From: an uncultured bacterium
GTDB taxonomy: Bacteria; Verrucomicrobiota; Verrucomicrobiia; Verrucomicrobiales; DEV007
Direction of reading: 5' to 3'
Length of the DNA: 64,000 bases
Assembly: GCA_963977015.1 (NCBI GenBank)
Contig: CAXBMO010000007.1
Span: 206,649-270,648 of the forward strand
Both the position numbers and the translations under genes were made by a program. Below are positions 1 through 7,719 of the stretch, one piece after another. Every line of letters begins with the position of its first letter. Positions within the stretch are counted from its first letter, which is position 1. Under the pieces are notes generated by a model that saw only the letters and a list, made by a program, of their open reading frames with translations, did not search any database and was not told where the DNA came from.

Positions 1-707
1 ACGGAAATGGTGTCGTAGAACTCTCCCTCATCGATTGGAGACTCGACAGCGATCTTCCACCCGTCATTCCCTCGTGGAGGCCCCAACGCGCAATACTCTC
101 CCAAGTTGACCAATGCGTGGGTGATGCCCTGTCCGAGGATGAAACGAGCAATCTTTTCCGAGACAAACCCCTGAGCCATTCCATTCAGGGTCAATCCCAT
201 TCCGGACTTCTTGAACCAAACCCGTTCATCGGAAAATCCGACATTTTCAAAGCCGACCTTCTCGAGAGCCGCGTCCAGAAGCTGTTGAGGTGGCTTGAAG
301 CCGGAATCTGGATTCTGCCTGAAGTGAGCCTCATAGACTTCCCAGAGCGGTTGAACGGTCGGATCAAACGCACCATCCGTCATCTCATGCACCTCTTTGC
401 AAAGCTTGAGCGCCTCCAGCAATTCATAGGGAGGATTTGGCAGGTGGCCAGCCCGATTCAACTGCCGAATGGTCGAGGCCTCGTCGTAGAGCGAGAATAT
501 GGCATCGAGCCGGGCGACTTCTCGATTCACCGCATTCATCACGGACCGCGCATCTCTTTCGCTTTGGGCGTAAAAAAGGATCGAGCCACTGGTTCCAAGA
601 ACCGGCCCATACCATTTCCATAACCGATTTCGGCGGAAGTTCAGCCACCCCAGAGTCCCTACGGCTCCCAGAGCGCATCCCATTCCGATTGCGTAACGCC
701 GATTCAT
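1..707 (-). CDS. FAD:protein FMN transferase (ApbE/NosX family), 3' end runs off the window
   Basis: Not in the ORF track; translated by hand: MNRRYAIGMGCALGAVGTLGW...LDAIFSLYDEASTIRQLN...MTDGAFDPTVQPLW...GMGLTLNGMAQGF...HALVNLGE...GWKIAV. These are ApbE/NosX motifs. Alternative in-frame ATG at 752. Confidence 0.85.
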   Translation of the reverse strand, partial: MNRRYAIGMGCALGAVGTLGWLNFRRNRLWKWYGPVLGTSGSILFYAQSERDARSVMNAVNREVARLDAIFSLYDEASTIRQLNRAGHLPNPPYELLEALKLCKEVHEMTDGAFDPTVQPLWEVYEAHFRQNPDSGFKPPQQLLDAALEKVGFENVGFSDERVWFKKSGMGLTLNGMAQGFVSEKIARFILGQGITHALVNLGEYCALGPPRGNDGWKIAVESPIDEGEFYDTIS

Positions 708-822
708 CGTTCCAGCCGGTTCAGATGGTGAGAATTTTCGCCATGAGCGCATGATAGGACGACAAATGAGAAGCGTCTTCTCAAAATGGCATTTGAAAAC
801 CGTTTTCCGGCTTAGTCAGAAC

Positions 823-874
823 TTGACAAGCCCCGGCAAATAAGCCATGGCTAAAAAGTATAGCCAAGACTATA
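823..874 (+). promoter_or_regulatory. Promoter region of the metal ABC operon with candidate DtxR/MntR-type operators
   Basis: TTGACA at 823-828. Perfect palindrome AGCCATGGCT at 843-852. Second inverted repeat TATAG-CCAAGA-CTATA at 859-874, just before the ATG at 879. Confidence 0.5.
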
Positions 875-878
875 TCTT

Positions 879-1802
879 ATGAAATTCGCTCGAATCCTCC
901 TCCTTGTCATCCCGTGGTTTTTTTCTGCGTGCACTCCTAACGAGGGAGGAAAAGTTCAAGTTGTTGCTACGACCACCATGGTCGCCGACATGGCTCGCGC
1001 GCTCCTCTCTGAGGTCGAAAATGTTGAATTGACGACCTTGATGGCTCCTGGCGTGGATCCTCACACCTACAATTTGCCGGCCCGTTCCATCGCCAAGCTA
1101 GATGGCGCGGACATCATTCTCTATTCAGGCCTGAAGCTCGAAGGACGCACTGAGGAACTTTACCAAAGCCGGGCAGGAAACGCCGTCGTTCTTGAAGTGG
1201 CGAGTTCCGTCCCCAGCGGCGATTTGATTGTTTCCGAAGGATTCGAGGGGCATCCGGACCCCCACGTTTGGGGAGACCCTCGAATCTGGCTGAAATGCAT
1301 TGATGCCGTCGTCGCGGCCCTTAGCGAAAAATTCCCCAACGATCGCGGAACGATCGAGCAGAACGCCGATGCCTATCGCCAGGAACTGGTCGAGCTCCAT
1401 CATTGGGCGACCCTGCGAACCAGCCAAATCCCGGAAGCCAATCGCATCCTGATTACGAGCCACGACGCGTTCAACTACTTTGGCAAAGCGTATGGACTTG
1501 AGGTTATCGGGATCCAAGGAATATCCACGGAAAGCGAAGCCAGCGGAGCTGATATGTCGAAAGCGGCTGAACTCATCCAGGAGCGAGCCATCAAAGCGGT
1601 TTTTGTCGAATCGAGTGTGAATGGAGCGACCATCGAGCGCCTGGCACAAGACACCGGCGCAACCATTGGCGGTGAACTTTTCTCTGATTCGCTCGGTCCC
1701 GCTGGCGAGGAAGAAACCTTCGATGGACAGACCTACGACGTGGGAACCTACGTCGGAATGCTCAAGCACAACGTCAACACCATCGTGGAAGCGCTGCAAT
1801 GA
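879..1802 (+). CDS. troA: Mn/Fe/Zn ABC transporter substrate-binding lipoprotein (TroA/MntA family)
   Basis: Lipobox FSAC; metal-ligand motifs GVDPHTY, DPHVW, SHDAFNYF, LFSDSLG. Confidence 0.93.
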   Translation: MKFARILLLVIPWFFSACTPNEGGKVQVVATTTMVADMARALLSEVENVELTTLMAPGVDPHTYNLPARSIAKLDGADIILYSGLKLEGRTEELYQSRAGNAVVLEVASSVPSGDLIVSEGFEGHPDPHVWGDPRIWLKCIDAVVAALSEKFPNDRGTIEQNADAYRQELVELHHWATLRTSQIPEANRILITSHDAFNYFGKAYGLEVIGIQGISTESEASGADMSKAAELIQERAIKAVFVESSVNGATIERLAQDTGATIGGELFSDSLGPAGEEETFDGQTYDVGTYVGMLKHNVNTIVEALQ

Positions 1803-2578
1803 CACCTGCCCTGGAAGTCCACGACCTCACGGTTGCGTATCGCAAAAAGCCGGTTCTCTGGGGAATCGACCTCGAAGTTCCCAGCGGCTGCCTTGTGGGG
1901 ATTGTGGGCCCAAATGGAGCCGGCAAGTCGACGCTGATCAAAGCCTGCATGGGGCTTCTTCCCCTCAGCAGTGGATGGGTCGAGGTCTTCGGGAAGCCTC
2001 TTTCCGCAAACATCCGCCGCGTGGGCTACGTTCCGCAGCGCGAGGACATTGATTGGGACTTTCCCGTCACCGTCCGCGATGTCGTATTGATGGGGAGATA
2101 CGGCCATTTGGGATTGTTTCGACGCCCGCGAAAGCGAGACCAGGAAATCGCAGACGAGTGCCTGGAGCACGTCGGGATGGCCGACTACAGCTCCCGGCAA
2201 ATCTCCCATCTCTCCGGCGGGCAACAGCAGCGGGTGTTTCTCGCCCGGGCGCTCGCCCAGGAAAGTGACATCTACTTCATGGATGAACCGTTTGTCGGCG
2301 TCGACGCAGCCACGGAGTCGAGCATCATCAACCTCCTGCGCGAATTGCGGGATCGCGGCAAGACCCTGTTCGTCGTTCATCATGATCTTTCGACCGCGAG
2401 TGACTACTTCGACAAACTGGTGCTGTTGAACCAACGGCTGGTCGCGTTTGGCGACACGGAAGATGTCTTCACCACAAAACTCATCCACAAGACGTATGGC
2501 GGAAGGTTGACCATCATGGCGGACGTGGCGGAGGCACTGAATCGCGACGAGGGTTTGGCTGGCGTCGATCGACACTGA
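1799..2578 (+). CDS. troB: Metal ABC transporter ATP-binding protein
   Basis: Walker A GPNGAGKST, signature LSGGQQQR, Walker B MDEPF, HHDL; ATGA overlap with troA. Confidence 0.95.
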   Translation: MTPALEVHDLTVAYRKKPVLWGIDLEVPSGCLVGIVGPNGAGKSTLIKACMGLLPLSSGWVEVFGKPLSANIRRVGYVPQREDIDWDFPVTVRDVVLMGRYGHLGLFRRPRKRDQEIADECLEHVGMADYSSRQISHLSGGQQQRVFLARALAQESDIYFMDEPFVGVDAATESSIINLLRELRDRGKTLFVVHHDLSTASDYFDKLVLLNQRLVAFGDTEDVFTTKLIHKTYGGRLTIMADVAEALNRDEGLAGVDRH

Positions 2579-4011
2579 TGACACGCGCTACCTACAGGCT
2601 GCTGAAGCATTTTCCCGCTTCCTGGTTCGCCTGGCTTTGCCTGGCGGGCATTCTGATGCTGCCCAACTTCGCTCAGGCCGCCAGGATCGGCGACGTCACC
2701 CAAGTCGATGCGTGGGAGCAAGCCCGACTCTTCTTCAATTGGGGAAACAGCTACGTCCGTTCCCAGTGGATCGGCTGCCTTCTCATTGGCGCCTGCTGTG
2801 GACTTTTGGGGAGTTTTATCGTCGTTCGCCGCATGGCACTCATGGGCGACATGCTGAGTCATGCGGTTCTTCCGGGAATCGTCCTCGGGTTTCTCTGGAA
2901 CCTCAAAAAGGATCCGATCCTGTTGCTGGTTGGGGCGATTATTGCGGGACTTGTTGCCGTTGGATTCGTGACCGCGCTCAAGCGAACCACCCGGCTAAAA
3001 CAGGATGCCAGCCTAGGCATCGTTTTGGGCGGGTTTTACGCCATTGGGATCTGCCTGCTTTCCATGGTTCAACGCATGCAAACGGGAGACAAAAGCGGTC
3101 TTTCCAATATCCTCATCGGCTCCGCTGCTGCCATTTCCGATTCCGACCTTTGGCTGATTGGCATCGTCACTGCCATTTCCGCGATCCTGATCTTCATCTT
3201 TTTCAAAGAACTGGTCGTGAGCAGCTTCGATCCCGCATTCGCCAAATCAATCGGGGTTCCGGAACGCGGCCTCCATTACCTGTTGATGGCGCTGCTGAGT
3301 TTTGCCGTGGTGATCTCCATCCAGGCCGTGGGAGTCGTGCTCGTTTCGGCGCTTCTCATCATCCCGGCGGCGACGGCCACCCTTCTGACCCATCGCTTCT
3401 GGCTCGTCGTTGTCCTGGCCGTCGAATTTGGGATGATTTCCGCGGTTGGAGGCGCCTTCACCTCGTTCCTGCGCTCCTCGCTCCCGACCGGTCCCCTCAT
3501 GATTCTCGTCGCGGCGACTGGGTTCGGCCTCGCCTTTCTTTGTGCTCCCGAAAGCGGGCTGATTCCCCGCTTTGTGCGCCGCCGTGCCCAGTCTGCCCGC
3601 ATTCGCCGCGAAAACTCACTCAAGGCGATTTTCCATCAGCTCGAATCCGAGAACTTCTCTGCGGAGCGTGTCGACATTGCCGATCTGGTGAACCGCCGCC
3701 AACGAGAGGAGGAGGACGTCCTCCGTGAAATCCAGCAACTCGCCAAGCACGGTTTTGTTGAGCTGACGGGAGAATCGCTTCGGTTGACCGACACGGGCTG
3801 GCGCAAGGCCCGGCAAGTCGTCCGCAATCACCGCCTTTGGGAACTCTACCTCACCCATGCCGCCGACATTGCGCCGGATCACGTTCACGATGATGCCGAG
3901 AAGATCGAGCACGTTTTGGGCGAAGAAGTGGTGCGAACGCTCGAAGCGCGATTTGGAGAGGAAGCCATCGATCCGCACGGGCGAGAAGTGCCCGTCGCCA
4001 GCCAATCATAA
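2578..4011 (+). CDS. Metal ABC permease (ABC-3) fused to a C-terminal DtxR/MntR-family repressor domain (YtgCR-like)
   Basis: Permease motifs GDMLSHAVLPG and FKELVVSSFD. From about 3601 a DtxR-like domain: ENSLKAIF, LRLTDTG, VRNHRLWELYL, HDDAEKIEH, DPHG. Confidence 0.92.
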   Translation: MTRATYRLLKHFPASWFAWLCLAGILMLPNFAQAARIGDVTQVDAWEQARLFFNWGNSYVRSQWIGCLLIGACCGLLGSFIVVRRMALMGDMLSHAVLPGIVLGFLWNLKKDPILLLVGAIIAGLVAVGFVTALKRTTRLKQDASLGIVLGGFYAIGICLLSMVQRMQTGDKSGLSNILIGSAAAISDSDLWLIGIVTAISAILIFIFFKELVVSSFDPAFAKSIGVPERGLHYLLMALLSFAVVISIQAVGVVLVSALLIIPAATATLLTHRFWLVVVLAVEFGMISAVGGAFTSFLRSSLPTGPLMILVAATGFGLAFLCAPESGLIPRFVRRRAQSARIRRENSLKAIFHQLESENFSAERVDIADLVNRRQREEEDVLREIQQLAKHGFVELTGESLRLTDTGWRKARQVVRNHRLWELYLTHAADIAPDHVHDDAEKIEHVLGEEVVRTLEARFGEEAIDPHGREVPVASQS

Positions 4012-4013
4012 CC

Positions 4014-4937
4014 ATGAACGAGCTGTTTCCACCTTTTGACGCCTACGCGATTTTTGTCGAACCCTGGAGTTGGGGCGCCTGGAAGATCCGGCTCCTCGCG
4101 ATGTTCGTCTTCATTTCCTGCGGCCTGGCCGGCAACTACCTCATTCTTCGCCGCATGGCGCTGGTAGGCGACGCCATGAGTCACAGCGTCCTCCCCGGGA
4201 TCGTCATTGCATTCATCATTGCACGGGGCAACCACTTCTGGGTGGTGGTCGGTGCAATTCTCGCCGGTTTGGCAACGTCAGCCCTGATCGAGTGGCTGAA
4301 CAAGAACTCCCGCGTCAAACAGGACGTCGCCATTGGCGTTACCTTCACGACGCTCTTTGCGCTCGGTGTCGTTCTCATCAACGTGTTTGCGGGGCGGGTT
4401 CACTTGGACGCGGATTGCGTGCTTTACGGAGATGTCGAGCAAGCGCCAGTCGCCAAGTTGATTCAGGCCGGGGTCATTGCGGTCGTCACCATTCTCCTCG
4501 TCCTCGCCTTCTTCAAGGAACTCCTCGTCACCTCTTTCGATCCGACCCTGGCCAGTTCCATGGGAATTCCGGCCAAATGGGTCCACTACGGGCTGATGGG
4601 GTGGCTTTCCGTTGTCGTGGTGAGCGCTTTTGAGGCGGTTGGAAGCATCATGGTCGTGGGGATGCTCATCCTCCCCGGAGCCACCGGACTCCTCCTCAGT
4701 GAGCGGCTTTCCCGCGTCATGATCGCGAGCGTCATTCATGCGGTTTTGAGCTCCTTTCTCGGTTACCATGTCGGCCTGTGGCTGGACTGCAAAATCGCAG
4801 CAGCCATGGTCAGCACAGGCTTCCTTCTCTTCATTCTTGCCTGGCTCTTCAGCCCAACCCAGGGGCTGGTTTCCCAATGGATTACCCGGTCCCAGCTTCG
4901 CAACCATGTTCGCGAAGCAGCGCTTGCCGAACCCTGA
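4014..4937 (+). CDS. troD: Metal ABC permease (ABC-3), second subunit
   Basis: GDAMSHSVLPG, HLDADCVLYG, FKELLVTSFDP; multiple TM segments. Confidence 0.92.
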   Translation: MNELFPPFDAYAIFVEPWSWGAWKIRLLAMFVFISCGLAGNYLILRRMALVGDAMSHSVLPGIVIAFIIARGNHFWVVVGAILAGLATSALIEWLNKNSRVKQDVAIGVTFTTLFALGVVLINVFAGRVHLDADCVLYGDVEQAPVAKLIQAGVIAVVTILLVLAFFKELLVTSFDPTLASSMGIPAKWVHYGLMGWLSVVVVSAFEAVGSIMVVGMLILPGATGLLLSERLSRVMIASVIHAVLSSFLGYHVGLWLDCKIAAAMVSTGFLLFILAWLFSPTQGLVSQWITRSQLRNHVREAALAEP

Positions 4938-4957
4938 ATTCACGGTTTTGTTAGAAC

Positions 4958-5320
4958 GTGTCCCAAATCATCTTTAATGAAATCAGCGCTGCGGAAATCT
5001 CCGCAATGCCAACGATGCAGCAGCTTGATCTTCTCGCCGAATTCAAAGTCTCTCCGGATGACCTCGAGAACCTCGACGAGCATCGTTTCGGCAAGCTGGA
5101 ACGTGAGGGAAAGACGCTCTATCGCTATCGCGCCAACGAGATGCGGATCTACTTTGAGCTCGAAGACCAAAGTGTCATCGTTCACCGCGTTCTCCACAAA
5201 AACACCTTCCAGGACTTTCTCTACCGCGCGAGCCTGCCCATCTCCGAAGACGAAGAGCTCTCCAAGGCCGGTGGTTTCTGGGAATTGATCGAAGAAGGCG
5301 AGCGCGCACGACGGGTTTGA
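4958..5320 (+). CDS. RelE/ParE-superfamily-like protein
   Basis: 120 aa, GTG start; QIIFNEISAAEI N-terminus and LYRYRANEMRIYFE...VIVHRVLHK pattern typical of the RelE fold. Confidence 0.65.
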   Translation: MSQIIFNEISAAEISAMPTMQQLDLLAEFKVSPDDLENLDEHRFGKLEREGKTLYRYRANEMRIYFELEDQSVIVHRVLHKNTFQDFLYRASLPISEDEELSKAGGFWELIEEGERARRV

Positions 5321-5321
5321 G

Positions 5322-6491
5322 ATGAAGATCACTTCTCTCGATCAACTGTCCGACGAACCCACGCGTCTTGCCGCGTTTCCCGTCGCCCAAAAGAAGATTT
5401 TTCTCGGCCACGCCGGCGTCACCGCCCTCCCGCGATGCGTCGCCAATGCAGTTATCGACTACACCAATGCCTCGTCCGAAAACGACCAGGAGTTTGGTGA
5501 CGTTTTGCGGCGCGTCGGCGATACCCGCCGCGTTTGCGCCAACATGATCGGCGCCAAGCCGAACGAGATCGCTCTGCTCGGCCCGACCAGCCTCGGGCTC
5601 AGCCTCTTTGCCAACGGCCTGCCGTGGGAACCCGGCGATGAAATCATCTGCTACCTCGATGATTATCCGGCAAACGTGTATCCGTGGAAGAATCTGGAAC
5701 GCCTCGGAGTCCGGCTCGTTTACCTCAAGCCGGAGCACCCGGGCGAAATCACGCCACAATTGGTCGAGCAGGCGCTCACTCACAAGACCAAACTCGTCGC
5801 CCTCGCCAGCTGCCACTTTTTGACCGGCTATCGCATCGATATCAACGCGATCGGCCAGCTCGCCCACGATCACGGCGCCCTCTTTTCGCTCGACGCCATT
5901 CAAACCATCGGCGCCTTCCCCACCACCGTCGAGCACGTCGACTTCCTGAGCGCCGATGCCCACAAATGGATGCTCGGCCCCCTCGCCACCGGCATCGTCA
6001 TGGTGAAGGAAAAGCACTTCGACCTCCTGCGCCCCACCCTGCTTGGCGCCTGGAACATCCAGTCCCCCAACTTCATCACCCAGGACTCCATCGAATTTGA
6101 AGCCGGTGCCCGTCGATACGAACCCGGCGTCCTCAACTGCGCCGGAATCTTCGGGATGCAAGCAGCATTGCAAATGATGCAAGCCGTTGGGCTCGGGAAC
6201 ATCAGCAACCGGTTGTTGGAATTGAAGGCGACGATCGTCGCGCAGCTCAAGGAGCGCGGCTTCACCATTCACGGCAAGGAGACCGGCCCCAACGCCAGCT
6301 CCATCACCACCTTCACTCACCCGGCCAAAGATCTGGAAGCCCTCTTCAATCACCTGACCGAGGCAGGAATCACCGCCAGCTTCCGGCACGACCGCTCGGG
6401 CCAGCCCTTCCTCCGCTTCAGTCCCCACTTCTACAACACCGAAGCCGAACTGGATCGTGTTTTCCAAGCCATCGACACCCTGCCCGAATAG
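5322..6491 (+). CDS. Class V PLP-dependent aminotransferase (cysteine desulfurase/selenocysteine lyase-like)
   Basis: LDAIQTIG, SADAHKWMLGP (PLP lysine), RRYEPG, LRFSPHFYNT. Confidence 0.9.
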   Translation: MKITSLDQLSDEPTRLAAFPVAQKKIFLGHAGVTALPRCVANAVIDYTNASSENDQEFGDVLRRVGDTRRVCANMIGAKPNEIALLGPTSLGLSLFANGLPWEPGDEIICYLDDYPANVYPWKNLERLGVRLVYLKPEHPGEITPQLVEQALTHKTKLVALASCHFLTGYRIDINAIGQLAHDHGALFSLDAIQTIGAFPTTVEHVDFLSADAHKWMLGPLATGIVMVKEKHFDLLRPTLLGAWNIQSPNFITQDSIEFEAGARRYEPGVLNCAGIFGMQAALQMMQAVGLGNISNRLLELKATIVAQLKERGFTIHGKETGPNASSITTFTHPAKDLEALFNHLTEAGITASFRHDRSGQPFLRFSPHFYNTEAELDRVFQAIDTLPE

Positions 6492-6499
6492 CCGCCCTA

Positions 6500-6955
6500 T
6501 CAGGCGATCTGCTTTGCCATCACGACATTGCAACGCGCATACACGGGATGCTCGCCCTCCGCGACCGGCTCAAAGCCCAGCGAGCGATACAACGCAATCG
6601 CCGCTTCCAGGCGCGTGTTGGAGAGCAGTTCCACCCGGCTCGCTCCCACCTCCCGCAGCTTCTCCAACGCGTGGAGAGCCAGTTTCCGGCCAATGCCCTG
6701 TCCCTGAAAATCGGGATCGACCGCCATCCTGGCCAACTCATACACGCCGCGCGTTTTGTTGAACAACGCGCAGCTTCCTACCACGCGCTCATCGACCGTC
6801 GCAGTAAAAATCCAACCACCTTCGCGCCAAATTCTCGCCGGATCCGCCGCCAGCGCCCGGTCGCTTTCCTCAATCGCAAAGAATTCCGCGATCCAGCGCT
6901 CATTCAGCGCAAGAAACGCCTCCAGATGATCCGGCTGATTTTCGTGGATCTTCAT
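6500..6955 (-). CDS. GNAT N-acetyltransferase
   Basis: ELARMAVDPDFQGQGIG acetyl-CoA motif; AIALYRSLGF. Confidence 0.9.
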   Translation of the reverse strand: MKIHENQPDHLEAFLALNERWIAEFFAIEESDRALAADPARIWREGGWIFTATVDERVVGSCALFNKTRGVYELARMAVDPDFQGQGIGRKLALHALEKLREVGASRVELLSNTRLEAAIALYRSLGFEPVAEGEHPVYARCNVVMAKQIA

Positions 6956-7470
6956 TCATCAGCCTCCGCTTCCACCAAAATGACGCGCCCCCGTGACGTA
7001 AAGGAAATGCCCTGCTGCCCCTGGGTGCCGATCATAATCGACTCCGCGATCGGCGGATTTGCCAACTCCTCCGATCGCCATTCCACAATGAAGTTCGCGC
7101 CCGAACCTCCCTCCTTATGGGTCTCCGGCACCACATAGCGAATCGACTCCATCGGCGCCAGGGTGATTGGCTCATCGACATACTTCTTCAGCAACTTGCC
7201 CTGTGTCTCGTAATAATCCGCCACGACAATCGAAATTGAGCGCTTGGGATCCACGTTTCGAATACTCAACGTCACCGTCAGGAAAAACGGGCTCTCCCGG
7301 TCCCCGCGATAGATGTGGGAATACGCCGGCACATAAAGGTGCTGCCCTTTGGACAACTTTACATTCTCATCACCTGCTTCAACAGTCCCCAATATCGAGA
7401 GGCTGATCACCAAACCAAGAACCAACTGCGCTATCGCGGACTTCGGAGTTAGGAACAATCGCCGGTTCAT
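6952..7470 (-). CDS. DUF3124-family exported protein
   Basis: LYVPAYSHIY, LSIRNVD, YYETQG, GGSGANFIVEW, PIAESIMIG, GISFTSRG; start placed at MNRRLFL before the hydrophobic signal. Confidence 0.8.
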   Translation of the reverse strand: MNRRLFLTPKSAIAQLVLGLVISLSILGTVEAGDENVKLSKGQHLYVPAYSHIYRGDRESPFFLTVTLSIRNVDPKRSISIVVADYYETQGKLLKKYVDEPITLAPMESIRYVVPETHKEGGSGANFIVEWRSEELANPPIAESIMIGTQGQQGISFTSRGRVILVEAEADE

Positions 7471-7719
7471 GATGTTGGCGAAGATCGCTCCGTGACTCAT
7501 CCTGTCAATTTCCGAACTGAGGATCGTCCAATCCGAGCGACTTTCACCTCTTACCGCATTCCTCGTCGGTTCTGCCTGAAGTCCCTGATCACCGGTTCCA
7601 ATCAATGCGCTGAAGCTCTACGATTTGGCCGAATTCGCTTGGTGAATCGAGCAATTCTTCGCAGTTTGTGTCTGTAGACCTGGATTTGGTCCGTGTATTC
7701 TATGTTTTGGATTCCAATC

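Noticed and set aside
117-754. Plus-strand ORFs 117-623 and 437-754 from the track
   Set aside because: They are shadows of the minus-strand ApbE-family gene, which carries clear motifs.
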